NCBI GenBank assembly: GCA_964304625.1
Contig: OZ199838.1
Location: forward strand, 11,805,608-11,869,607
Direction of reading: 5' to 3'
Origin: Kudoa neothunni
Lineage: Eukaryota; Animalia; Cnidaria
DNA length: 64,000 bases
Part shown: positions 28,255 through 42,153 of the stretch, piece after piece
Layout of the letters: each line of letters opens with the position of its first letter
Numbering within the stretch: the first letter of the stretch is position 1
Notes under the pieces: model-generated
Database searches by the model: none
What the model saw: the letters and a program-made list of their open reading frames with translations, nothing else
What the model was told of the DNA's origin: nothing
Translations under genes and position numbers: made by a program

Positions 28255-31200
28255 CGTTCACTGCTCGATTACTCTTATATATGCTAGCATTGTTCAACAC
28301 ATTGTTTAATTTCCTGTAGTATATTAACGATTGTTTTGTTACTGCGTGTATTGCAAACATTTATCTGAGTTGTTCTAAATAACAATCTTATTTATATGCC
28401 TGGGATTTACCGATTTCATGAATTTTTTGGATAAAATATCTACTCCAGAGATTGTCAACGGTTTTTTCCAATTTACTCTCTCAGTCTAATGAAGAATCCA
28501 AATTTGCCCCCTTAATTTGGAGGCCACATTCATATATATTTTAAGGTTTTCGATCGATTCAGCTATGGCAGAGGTTATTTGTCATGATAAACTCTGATCC
28601 GAAAAGGGATGTGTGTTTGCATAATGACAATGTGTTTCCCCATCAACTCTTACTCACAAGCCGTACAGGTTTAATTTTTTAGATTTTGCTAGATCAAATT
28701 AATTTTTGTCCATTCATTAGATTCATTAGCACCTAAGACCTAGAAATAATTAAAAATAGTCTAAACTAATGACACCTATATATTATTTACCATGAAAAAT
28801 AATCATTTTAAATATTATTATTATTATTACTATAAGGCAACATCACTAAAAGATAACGAGCCTTAACAGAAAGAGTCTGATTATAGTTCTATAAATAATT
28901 GTCACATACTAATTCCTAAGGACATTTAAAAAATTTCTGCCTAATTCTCATTGATTTTAATATCCATGAATAATATGATTCCTTAGAAATCCTGAAGTAC
29001 ATCGCAAACCCACAATGCAAAAATTTCCCCTATCTAATTTTTATACCACTTAATCTATTCCTGCCAATTAAATTTTACTCCCAAGAGGTCAATGTACCTC
29101 CGGTTGACAACCCCTGATTTACAGCAAAAGCAATAGCCATTTTAATTATTTTATCCATTTAAAGTTTACGTATTGTTTTCGGCACGCTTCAATAGAAACG
29201 TTTCTTCTAATTAATTTTCTAACAGTAAATTTTTATTATAATATGCTAATAACCAATATTTCAGATATTTTAAACAATACGAATGAAAAATTTTATACTT
29301 TTTAAATTCTTAAAAATACATAATATTTAACTATCGTTAACACAAGGAACCATCATTCAACTAAGACAATAATAATAAGGTAAGCTAGTTCGTTCGTATA
29401 TAACCGGTTAATATTATACAGAGAGATTTTCACAGATAGCGGTATCTCAGACTGATCGTAAATACCTCATCGGTACGTAAAAGATTATTTCAGAAACCCA
29501 CATACAATCATCCAGTCCCAGCAGCGATCGAGAAGTTTCCCGCGCACTTTACCTGTTTTAAAAATTTATATGAAAACATGTCTAATTAAACAAAAAATAC
29601 TTTCATATTTTTAACTTTTTTATGATATAAATTTAATTACTTTAAATAAAAAAAATAATGATTTCCAAAAAATTAAATACGGGTTTTTAAGAGAAAAAAT
29701 AAATAAACGATTATAATTGTATATGAAGTTGAAATAGTGATTAATTTGAAATTATTAATAAAATAATAAAGAATTGAGGTGTTAAAAGCGAGCTACCTAA
29801 TTCCAAATATGTTCCAATCTACTGTATTTTTGGTTATTTAAGATAATTACAAGCAAATGATGCCTAAAACAACTAGCAAACTGATCGACTAAATTAAAAA
29901 ACATCAGGGAAACTATTGTAATTATTGGCATAAGTTATGTGAAAACGTATATTATTTAAATTCATTTTTGAATTTTATTTATCCATCACTAAGTCTTAAT
30001 TTCGTATTGTCGTTATCCTTTTTTTATGTTCGATCTATAACCAATCATATGACCTTAGTTGTATTATTAAAAATTGATATTCTTTTAATAATTGTAATTA
30101 TTTATTTCTAAAAAAACTAAGGTTGATTAAAAATGGCTTTTAAATACAATAAAAGTTTAGTTATTGTTATAGAAAACTTAGAAAATTTTTGAATCAACCT
30201 ATAATAAAATATGGATTTTGCCCAATTATAGTCATACACGTGGCACAACGGATTCTGAATGCACTGAATACGATCACCATTTTGAGGAAACTAGTTCTGA
30301 ATTTAATAATTGTATAATTGAAAACCCATATCGGATTAACATCATTCCGATAATGAAATTTATTTTTCCAGCGAAACAATTTAAGCAATGAAATTTAAGA
30401 GGGGAGAAAATTTTCCAACGTAAAATCCCCTTCAAAAATAATACATAAAAAAATTGCGATATTCTATTTTCTGCGTTCTTAAATTTTTGAACAATAAAAT
30501 GTTAGATTTTCTTTTTGAATATATAAATACATATATGAAGAATGAGTTACAAGAGCAAAGTTAGATTACAACAAAATGACCGAATGAAGTATATTGGTTG
30601 TTGCTTGCTTATAAGAATAATGAGAAGGAATAATATGGATGTGCACAAATTATTGATGTTTACAATATCGAGTTGAATGAATTTATAGGTACGTATGTAA
30701 TTTTTAAAAAGTCCTATTAGATAAGTTAGTCCTCGAATGCGAGCTAAATGTTGAGTGATATTTATGGTACAACCGTGTATACAACCTTATTGTTAAAATC
30801 AATCTCACCATGAAGATCTTGGCAGTCTGATTGTAATCGGGAATTTAAAATATTCCTTCGTCACGTATAAATTATGTATTATTTAAAACAATTGCTTAGA
30901 AATTTTTCTGTTTCTAAAAGATGCAAATTTTCGGCGAGTCACAATCTACGTCACGTGTTTGAATAAGAGAGTAATTTCTTATTATTTATAATATTATATT
31001 TTAATAATATTAGTTTCTCTGTTATATCAAACGCTCCTATTTTAAAATATAATGTGAACTGCCTAATTACTATTTAGGGTTGTCAACAAAATAGTGTGGA
31101 ACGCCATTTTTTATGTATCGAAGCTTAAATGTCTTTAGAGATGACACACAACAAATTTTAATAGTAAATTGTAATTATTAAGCTACGAAAATATATAAGA

Positions 31201-32448
31201 TATAAAATTTAATCTTGGATGTGTTTACAAGAGAACATTGAATAATTCCGGTGGGTATGAGCGTTAAAAATATTTAATTCATTGTAACGCAAGTGTAACC
31301 CAGTTAACTTAATTATATCAAGATAATGAGTGGTTTTATGGAATTTTTTAAAATTTCAGTAATTTAAACTGTTTTTAAAATTATAATTTTTATATTTTGA
31401 ATAAAAAAGTTGCCATAATTGATTGTAACAATTTTTAAGTAAGACCTGTTTCTAAAGGTTTGCTTTTATACTTTAATAATTAATATCGTTTTATTAAACA
31501 GAAAAACTATTTATATAATTTAAATTTTCAGCGATAAATAAAGTCTTTATCTTCTTTGCGCATGCTCGAAAATTGGGAATTCAGTAAAGAAATGTGCTGA
31601 AAAACAATTAATTCCTTTTCTAGAAAGTTTTGGAATTTTAAATAATTCTAGCACTCAAAAATATCCACAATAATGCTTGCTTAAAGTTTAAAAAAATTTC
31701 TGTAAACAAATTACGAAGAATTATAAACAAATCCCCTAAAATGCAAAATATAGGATGAGTAACATTAGTTAATTACTATATTCTTTAAGTTAAGGAGATG
31801 CTTAAAGAACAATTTATTATTTAATTTGATTTGATTTTTTAATTATTTTTCATTAACTAAATTAGCTTTTCGAAAATATTTATTTTTGGTGATATTATGA
31901 CAATTCTAACACATAAAATGATTAAACTAAGTAAATGAATGCAAATAAAGTATTTTCAAATCACAAATATTCATTAGAAAAAATTTATAACGATTAAAAA
32001 ATACATTTCAAATGAAGCTTTAATTAAATCTGCTTGTTTTTTATCCTACAATGTAAAAAGTGGAACGCCTAATAAATTAATGATCAATTCAACCTTTCAG
32101 AAAATCATTACCTCCCGTTATGTATAATAACAAGTGATACTTAGAGCGGGATTAAAGATAAAAAGTAATTTATTATACACAAAATAATAATTATCACCCA
32201 ATTAAAAAATTATCAAATGAATAAATTGCGCATGTATTTTAATCTAGGATATAAAGCTCAAAGAATATTTTTTAAATTATAACAAAATTTTATGAAACAG
32301 TTAATAAATAGAATAAAAAATTGATTAACAGAATAACGATTTATAGTGAAATATAACGAGTATTCTGTTCGCGCAACGTAACAATCGTATGTTACGTGTT
32401 TACGCTAGGTTGTGCTGACAGGAATATAGTTGATGATTCGTTGGTGCT

Positions 32449-33652
32449 ATGTTCAACCGTTTATTTGCAGCTTTTCTAAGAAATCATCGCGAGGATTATC
32501 CGGGCGAACGTAGTGGCCATAAGGCCACCAGAGCTGGGCCGTATATTATAATTTTTGGAGGATACAACAATATTGAGAACCATCGTGTATACACTGAGCT
32601 ATGGTTCTATCATATTTATTTCAAGAAATGGCATCGATTCTTGTTTCCTTCCAATTTCACCAAAGCAACTCTTTCTTCGTCGGTTCTGTTCCACAATGGA
32701 AATATCTACATATTTGGTGGTACTGGCTTTCCATTCGCTCAAGAATGTACCAACTACATCACAGTGTTTGATATTGAAAAACACTCGTGGCATATTACCG
32801 GTGATGAATCGATAAGCGCTCATCAACCAAGCAAAAAATATTGTCAGTCGATGGTGTTCTATCAAAACAAATTGTACGTGTTCGGTGGAACAACTGGATT
32901 TGTTGAAAATAATGACCTTAATATTTTTGATTTGACACTAAAGAAATGGATTCCAGTTGAACCAGCCCCCAGTGGGTTAGAACCTCTCAGATGTTTTCGA
33001 CATGAAGCAGTAGTTTTCAACCACAAGTAATTCGATACATCAAACAATTAAAAGATCTTATCAACCTTTAGAATGTATGTGATCGGTGGAGCGGTTGTTT
33101 CGAGCGACCGTTTGTACTCATTTGTAAATATCAGGTCGTTCGATTTGATAACACATGTGTGGGAAGAATCTCCCACCAACGGTGACAAACAGTTCAACTA
33201 CCCAATCAGTCGTACGTGTTTTGCTGTCGCTCAACAAAGTGAATTTCTTTTTGTGAGTGGAGGTAAAGGGGTTGATGGCAATGTTTTCGATGATATTTGG
33301 AAACTAAATCTGCTCACCATGACCTGGTCCAAGTTGCGTGTGGTAAACTTTCCACCAACCAGATTATTAATGTCTTTTGATTGTTGTTTAGAATTTGTTA
33401 TGCCCTGTGTATTTTCATTCAATGGTTTATGGATCTGATGATCGACTCTACATATTTGGAGGTATCAAAAATGACTACAATACACGTTCCAATGCACTCC
33501 AAGTGATAACCCACCAAGTTCAACGGTTGATGCATATTGCTGCGGATGTGGTGGGCTCAAACACACAATTTGAAGCGTTTGTGTCCAAACACACATTAAC
33601 TCATTTTAGACCATGCCAACCGTATGAGCTTTGTTTCCAAAAGGTTATCTAA
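32449..33652 (+). CDS. KLHDC10: Kelch domain-containing protein 10 (CRL2 substrate receptor), 3 exons
   Basis: PGERSGH..FGGYN..ELW, FGGTGFPF, LYVFGGTTG, RHE, PVYFHS and a C-terminal BC-box-like QRLMHIA. Introns at about 33027-33071 and 33344-33391. Confidence 0.85.
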
Positions 33653-34804
33653 TTTTGTATCCAAAAGTTTGTGTTGTTATTCGAATGATTTTATTATTTG
33701 TGTATAGCGATGATAGTTTTGTAGTGTGTTTGGAATTGTTAGCTTTAATTTAAGCTTTAATTATTCACGCTTTTTTCCATAAGTATCTTACGAAATATTT
33801 GGAGTTTGTGTCTGCATCGGTTAGGTGAAAAAAAATAATTACAAAAAAATGCATTATTAATTTTTAAGCGTTATTTTAACTCATTGTTTCCAGTGTGGAA
33901 TGGAACATGAAAATTTCTGAGCGTTCGATTTACAATATCCAATGAATAATTTGCAAATTTTGTAGCTTAGTTTCAGCTCACAGGGTTCAACAATCTTTAT
34001 TTCAGTTGAATTTATTCGAATTACTTAAGGCCTAAATTTTTCACTACAAGAAGAGTATTGTTGTAAATATAGAGACTCTGATAATTCATTCATTAAAAAG
34101 TCATTTTTATATGATAGAAGTATTTTTTTATCATATTGAAGTGCGTTAGTTATGTTTATATTTGTTTTACTATATAAACTCTTCTTATTTTTGCGTCAAA
34201 CAGTATCCACGTGATTCTTATTCTTAATTTTTTCCATTTAACGAATTGAATATGTATAATTTTGTTAAATATAACATTTTTTCAATACAATTATGTTAGT
34301 TTTAGTTTATATATTTTTTCGACAAGTTTATGTTTATTTTAGAAAACTAATTGAAACAATAATGGCAGTAATAACGGATTAATATTTATAAAAACATTTT
34401 TATGTAGTTAACATCTTTTGAATATACAAAATTTAAGTTAAAAAAAATCCTTATAATATTTATTTTATAATTACATTATTATACAACCAGATTTTTGTAT
34501 TTAGATATAAATAGCGTTTATTATCTACGTCAAATAGATGTCTGCTAAATTATTTGATTATTTGTATCAAAAATTTAAAGTATTGTTTTTTTAGGATTGT
34601 GTTAAAAATCAATTTTTATTCCCTTATTCTTAATAAATTAGAACTTTATAATGAATTAAACTAAAATCAAAATATATTAGAACATTTAATGGATGTTTTC
34701 CATATGTTACTTTACGATGATATTGAAAATTGTTAAATTGTAGAATAATGGCCGTAATCCAAAGCAGCGACAACGGACCACATCATTTAATCGATCGAGT
34801 AAAG

Positions 34805-35324
34805 CAATGTTTCACTATGTGGGCGCGACAAAACTTTTGTGTGACGCGGTTAATAGTGAAATAATTGGTCAACCTGGCGTACTTTGAAGTCAATATCGCT
34901 TATTTATAAATGACAATTAATATAATAGAAACTACAAAAAAACAATGAATAATTATACGGAAATTAATACTAAAATTTAAAGTGTCTTTCATCAGAATAG
35001 AATCATACAACCCCTTTTTGATTTAACCAAATATAATATTAATTAATTTCCGATATTGACTATTTATTTTCAGTTTATAAGCTCCTTATAAACAAAATTC
35101 TTTCCTAATGAAGATTGGATTATCCCGAGTTTCACTTGATGCTGTTTTTGACACAATGAAGAACTAAGTATATTAACTCTTAAGGTCTATCGATAAATTG
35201 AGTTTTGTTTCCGAAAAAATTTCAATATGATAGAGAGCTTTATTCAAAATTATGAACCATTTAAGTTAAGAAATTAATCGTTTGAAAAAGGCGGGCGCGA
35301 GAGAAAAAAGTTTGGGAAACACTG
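34805..35324 (+). mobile_element. Non-autonomous hAT (Buster-type) MITE
   Basis: Ends CAATGTTTC... and ...TTTGGGAAACACTG, with subterminal GGGCGCGA at both ends. Perfect 8-bp TSD GAGTAAAG (34797-34804, 35325-35332) with central TA. Confidence 0.8.
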
Positions 35325-36254
35325 GAGTAAAGCATGATTTATTTACCCTAAATATGAGTTTGACAATTATGATTTTGATGGATTGTCCAAATTTCTCCTC
35401 GGCGATTACCTGCCATTAATTCTGTGTCTATAAGAATTATATATTTTCTGCAAGCATTAGGTGTTAAATTATATCAAATTCATAACGTTAATATCAAAAA
35501 TAATTTTAATGGATGAAATGCAGAGAATCCTAATGAAAATTTTTCAACAAAGTTCGTACTAATTTGTTTTAAACAATTCAGGATTAATGTCCGAACTAAT
35601 TATAATCTTTTATCGGAAAATGTGACCACTACTCTACATTTTAACCATTTGATTATATTAATATTACGATGAAGAATACAAAATTTTCAGCAAGATAACA
35701 TGGAGTCAATCAGGGTAATAAGGTAGGATGTGTCACCTAAAAAACACCCTACTGCGCGTCGTTTTTTTCGTCGATTCTTTCACGAATGTTCATAATAGAA
35801 TAAAAGGATACCAAGGAGAAGTATTCAGCTAATTATGATAACATCTAATTTTGGTGCAAATCCCGAATATAACGCCGGCGACACGCGTGAAATCTTCGTT
35901 AAGTTTCCAATAACCAATGAAAACCCACCTTATTGTGCATACATTGACATCTACATTTATTATACACCTTAATAACATTTTTTTGGAACGAAATGTTTGA
36001 TTTAAATAACAATATATAAAATATTTAAGTGAGTGGTCTACTCAATTTTCGTATAATTCTAGATTAAATTTCAAATATATTAAAAGATGAAGTTTCCGTA
36101 AACCATAACAAATTAGTTTGAGCCAATGCATTGTTTATTTCAATAAAATTCTATAAATGTGTAATTTTGCGCACGCTCATTATCTGAATATTGCGCACTA
36201 CTTTGAACCTTGAACTCCCCCGTTCGGTGTGCGATATCCAGAGACGACTGTATA

Positions 36255-36322
36255 CAGTAAATTCTTGCTATTTTGTAACTTTCCTTTGTCCAAAAAATTG
36301 ACGCAATATCGATAATCTACTG
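36255..36322. mobile_element. Very small pogo/Tc1-mariner-type MITE
   Basis: TA|CAGTAAATTCTTGCTATT ... AATATCGATAATCTACTG|TA: imperfect 18-bp TIRs flanked by TA. Confidence 0.5.
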
Positions 36323-38368
36323 TAGCGGTCAACAAAGTACGGCCCGCAGTGTCCCCTCACATTCGAATGCGTATGCGCATATGAAATTATGTTGACTTAC
36401 TTAAAGACTATCACTACATTGTTTTAGTAGATGAGTATTGATTATAAATTTCATTTAATTACTATAAAGTTTTTATTTTATCTTAATTGAAACAAAAGAG
36501 AAAATCGAGAAAATACATGTTTCAAGGTTTTTTTGATTCGTATGCTTCTAATAATTTAGAATTCTTAATTATTTAAACTTATAAACTAAATTGATTAGTT
36601 CTAATTTTTAATCTAGTTGAGTTTAATTGATTTGTTACTAGAAATTTAAAATGATGGGACAATAATCACCGTTTGTTAGATATTTTCTAGCATCATATAC
36701 AGCATTTTATAAAATTATATACTTATCTTCAAATTTTGGTTAATAAAGAAATAATGAAAAAATTTAAAGCTCGACAAATGAATACCTTATTAGCATTTAT
36801 ACAATTTAAGTATGATCGAATAAATAAACTATGAATTTTATACCTGAAAAAATTGTAATTCTAAATTACAACTACAAATATAGTTAACTTTGCGATTTTT
36901 GTGAATTATACAGTAGACAACGGAAGGTTCGTAATCCCATTGTGGGTCTCAAAACTGAAATATACTAAATCCTGCCACGGGAATTAGTTAACTGTTTCAC
37001 ATTCACATTTAAATACAAATTCATTATTTTGTTATATTTATATTATTTTCGTCTCATCTTTATAACTGCTTTTCAGCAAAAAATTTTTAATCCGGCCTTG
37101 AGGCTTGTAAAAATCGAAAATAATTAAGTTTGGGAAGATTAAATTCGCTTCAACAATATTCAGTGCGCTTTCATTTCTAAATTTTGGTAAAAATTTAGCG
37201 TCAATGATTGAATTCCTGATTTTCAATGCCTCAAAGGGGTTGCAAAATTTCAGTTACCTGCTGAAGCCTTTGTTAGTCATCTTAAGGACTGGATTAAGAT
37301 TCGACAGCAAGATTATATGAATAATGATATTGCAAGAATAACCTATTCAATATTGTATTTAATAAAATATAGCTCCAATGGAAATAAGCAAATATAAATA
37401 AATTTGGTAACGTTAAAATTCAACGATCACCAACGAATATCACTCTCGTAATCATTCTTAGTTCCTTATACTCTTTAAATTATTCAAATTATTTTGTCTT
37501 ATGTCATTTTGTTAAATTATTGATAGATACATTAACAACAAAGTTGATGTTTACGCCCCGTGAACTGAGTTTTTCCGCGATTTTCCACAGTAGCGATTAA
37601 ACCCGATCCCGTGGGGATATAATATTACAACCAAATGATTAGTGGGGCGTATAAATGCACTGTTAAGCCATCGAAAAAGTTTATTATTGCAATATATAGA
37701 ACGCAATTATATGATAATATTCTTCTTTTATTGAAAACGTCAGAATTTCGGAATAGAAATCAATAATTCCAATATCAAAAGTCACTAATTAAATAAAGCT
37801 AATTAACATTTATTTGATAATAAACATAGTTTTGGTTACAGATGATGGATGCAGTCAAGGTATCTTGTTAATTATTGAATAATTGGGATTAGGACAGTCA
37901 CAAAAATGTTATCTATATGTCACAATTATAGAAATGCAATTCTTTTGATGATTGTTTTGTGTTAAGGGAATCGAATAATTTCAACATAAATTTAAAGCGT
38001 ATATCAACTTAATTGGGCTGATATACAGAACAGAAATTAATAAGTATATAATCACATAAGATCTAGTTGAAAGATGTAATGTATTAGGATTAATCTTATT
38101 TTAATAATAATATTTAACCTCAATTTAGGAAATTTTCTAATTAAACAACAACAATGTACATCTCGCAATTAATATTAAAAATAAATAATACTACCGTATC
38201 AGCTAATAATACAAAATATACTGAAAATACGCAAATTGATCTGTGCCGATTATTTTATCCCCGACGAAGCATCATTTCAACGGGTGGCATTCGGCTGAAC
38301 TAGACAATAAAATCCAACTATAATCTATTTTCAAAAGTTTTTTTTCTTGAAAAATATTTCTTATTTAC

Positions 38369-40591
38369 ATGCTTCAGCAGATAATCACCATATTCGTATC
38401 ATTTTCTCTATCAGCTATAATGTGGATGATATCGTTGAGTTCAACATTGTTTTTGGCCTCATACTACAAATATTCCAACGGATACACACAACCGTTTTCT
38501 CTATTCTATCATTTGCTTAAGACTTTGCCTAGAGATTTATGGTAATTGATATGATTGATGAAATGTGAATTTGAGTTGGATGGTTGATTTGTCTTAGGTT
38601 TGTGTACATCATATTTTGCTGGAACTTGCAGTTGTTCTATCGAAAAATAAGAAATCTATCGATTATTGATGATCTTCGTTCGAACGTCAACAAAACACCA
38701 CATAAAGAAGCTCTTGTTGGTTTGAACGGTACCACCTACACTTTTCAACAGTTGGAGGATTATTCGAACCAGGTTTCAAATTTTATTCTCTCCAAAGGAC
38801 ACATTAATGAAAAATCTATTGTGCTTATTATGGAAAATTGCCCCGAGTACATTGCGTTATGGCTTGGAATTGCGAAGTGTGGTATTATCACCTCACTTCA
38901 AAATTACAATCTCACTGGAGAGCAGCTGATTAATTGTCTCAACTCATCCCAAGCCAACACAATTATCGTTTCCAACAAATACTATCAACATTCGTTGGCT
39001 GATCTGGATTTGAATGATTTCGTGGTGCATATTTATGATGTGCCTTCCACCGAAAATAAATCATCAACTCCAGCCGCCCTTTCTACTATCAATAACCAAA
39101 TATTGGAACAATCGACTCAACCTATTGTTTACACCGAAGGTGGTCCTGTAAAAAAACCTTCGTTTGATGGTACATACAATAAAATTTCGATCATTAGCCT
39201 CTAATATATTTTCTCCCAATTAAAAATCTAGATATTCTTTTCTACATCTATACATCGGGAACCACAGGCCTTCCAAAGCCAGTCAAAGTGTCCCATAGAA
39301 AGTAGATCTATGTTCAACTGCTTACGCTGAAATTTGACTATTTAGAGCATATGTATTCGCTTCGAGTGGGGCTTTTCTCAGCACGACCTCAAAGGATGTC
39401 ATTTACACCTTTCTTCCACTCTACCATATCAGCAGTGGTGTTGTGTGCGTGATGCAATGCTTCCTATTTGGCGCCACTATGGTTATTCGAGAAAAGTTTT
39501 CCGCTTCCAACCTTGTCAAAGACTGTATCAAATATCATGCTACTGTATGGTGGTTGTTTTTGTGAGTGCGAATTTGCTTTAACTATCATACAGGGATTCA
39601 ATTATGTTGGTGAGGTGTGTCGCTATCTGATGAATATACCGGTGCAGAAGGAGGAAAAAGATCTTAGACTGAGAATTGTTTTCGGTAATGGTCTTCGAGA
39701 GAATATTTGGAACGATTTTGCTGCTCGTTATCATATCGATCTTATTGGAGAATTCTATGGTAGCACCGAAGGCAATGTAGCTTTTATGAATGCAAGCAAT
39801 AAAACTGGTGCATGTGGTTTCCTACCAATATGGACCAAGCCATTTATTCCTTACTGTATTGTAAAATGTGATCTATCGACTGGCGAAATTATCAAAGATA
39901 AGAACGGTCATTGTATCCAATGCGATATTGGAGAGCCCGGACACATTATTGGACAAATCACAAAGTGTATGTGTGTTGATTTCTCTATCTCTCCATTATC
40001 TGAATGTATTTTTTTATTTTAGTAATCACCCTATCCAATGTGGACGGCTACACCTGCGAAAAAGCAACAAACGCCAAGCTTATTAGAAATGCATTTAGAG
40101 ATGGCGATGTTTATTTCATCACTGGAGACATTATGCGCCAAGATGAAGAGGGATATTTCTATTTTATGGATCGTGTGGGAGATACGTTCCGCTGGAAGGG
40201 AGAAAACGTGTCCACTCAGGAACTCGAGAATATCATTATCAAAAAATTGAACAATCAGGATGTTGTTGTGTATGGGGTGGAAGTACCGGGCAAAGAAGGC
40301 AAGGCTGGAATGCTCACCTTGGTTGATCAAAACCAGAATATCTCATTGTCTCGTGTGTATGATGCTGTACGCGATATGCCAGTATACCAACAACCATTGT
40401 TTGTACGAATTTCGTCTCAACATCACATCACTACCACTTTCAAATTCAACAAAGTCAACCTCAAAAAAGAAGGTTTCAATCCTCATTTGGTGACGGACAA
40501 ACTTTTCTACCTGGATCAACAAAATAAAACCTATCTACCACTAACCAAAGAAATCTATGATGATATTACTAATGGCGGGATCAATTTTTGA
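38369..40591 (+). CDS. Long-chain fatty acid transport protein / very-long-chain acyl-CoA synthetase (FATP/SLC27), 6 exons
   Basis: N-terminal TM and KTLPRDL; AMP-binding YIYTSGTTGLPK (~39243); FLPLYH; YVGEVCRYL; GNGLR; EFYGSTEGN; FATP signature YFYFMDRVGDTFRWKGENVST. Confidence 0.93.
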
Positions 40592-42153
40592 GTCTTATTC
40601 ACTAGTTTCTGTGATGTAAAACGATCTAACTCCGAGTGATTTTTTCTCTGTTTCATTGTCATACTGACCTTTGACCGAACCTATTTGTCCTTGTATTGAT
40701 AAAATCTATACTTTAGTCATGTTACATTTGTGATGATTTCCATCTTATTTGCTTCGAGCTGATGCGTGCATATGCTGAAACTGACTAAATATTATTATTG
40801 GATTAATCGTATTCAGATTTTCTTCCATCTTTCAATTAAGTCCCAATTTAAAAATGAACCGATTTAAGGTTTTATGTCTAGAAAATTACAATTAATTATT
40901 AATGTTATGATATGTCTGTGAAACTATATTAAATAATTTATCCTTAAGCAGTAGTATAAGATGCAAATCTTCAGTAATGTATTAAGTCTCGATATTGAGT
41001 AATTTAAAGTTTATCTTCTATAAATTTATTTAAGTGCGTCTTTTGTCAGTAGTTATCCAAAATAATCGACAATAAATATTTTAATGAAAAAATGTGATAC
41101 ATTTTATAAAAAAATCGATTTCATCAGAAATTTTCGTATTTGCACGCATATAACCAAAATAATGAGAATGAGTAATAATAATAATAACGAGCTGCAAGAG
41201 TGTTCAAGTTAAAAAATCAACAATCTTTCTGACGCGCTAGGAGAATCATTGCAGAAAATTGAAGAATCATGTATTTAAGGGATCATTACGAAACGAATCC
41301 AAATTTTTAAATTAAATTGATGAGGATTTAGGATTATTTCATCTGCTGATTGTTTCGGATATTACAAAAAACGCTCCGTTTTCTCGTAAGGAACCTAAAT
41401 AAAGACATTAAATTAGAATAAAACATTTACATATAGTAATATTATTTTTATTTTCTCTGTGCCGAAATAAAATATATTTCATTATTGTAAGTCAATGTTG
41501 ACGAACAAATTTGACAAAATGACGAAATAGCTTGGAAACTCCGATATTACTCTATAGATAATTTTAGGTCCATTGATAAAACCAATGCAAAGAGTTTATA
41601 TTTTTTATGGCCGATGAAAATAGAAATAACTTCGAGTTATCCCAAAATTAATTCAATAATAAATGTTTTTGATCAAAAATATTTTTTTTAAAATAACCTC
41701 TCAAAATTCTTTCTTTTTAAAATTGATAAATTATACACAGATTTATTGAGTAATCATAAGTTTAAACGATTATTTTCTTCTCTATTTTTTATCACAACTT
41801 TGTGTCCCTATTTGAGTGTTAGCGCCACGTGACCATTCATAGGGAGTTATTTCGCAAATTGCATATAATCAAAGTATGTATCTTTAACAAATTAAAAAGT
41901 CTCATTTTAAATCTCTAACTTTTTAGATGAGTACGCGAAAATTTAAGTGTAAAATTATTTCCAATAAATATGATTTTTGTACTAAATAATTTGATATGAC
42001 ATAAATTTTAATTGAAAAAAGTTAAAATAAAATTAAGTAGAGAATTTTCATTAACAATGAATAAAGGATTTTAAAAAAATTCTTCTCAAACTGACTCGCG
42101 CATCGTGTGTTAATTCTCATATTTTTCGCGTGCATTCCAATTTGTTTATCTTA

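Noticed and set aside
30530-30850. Exon/intron-like fragment with coding-like composition
   Set aside because: Multiple in-frame stops and no identifiable homology.
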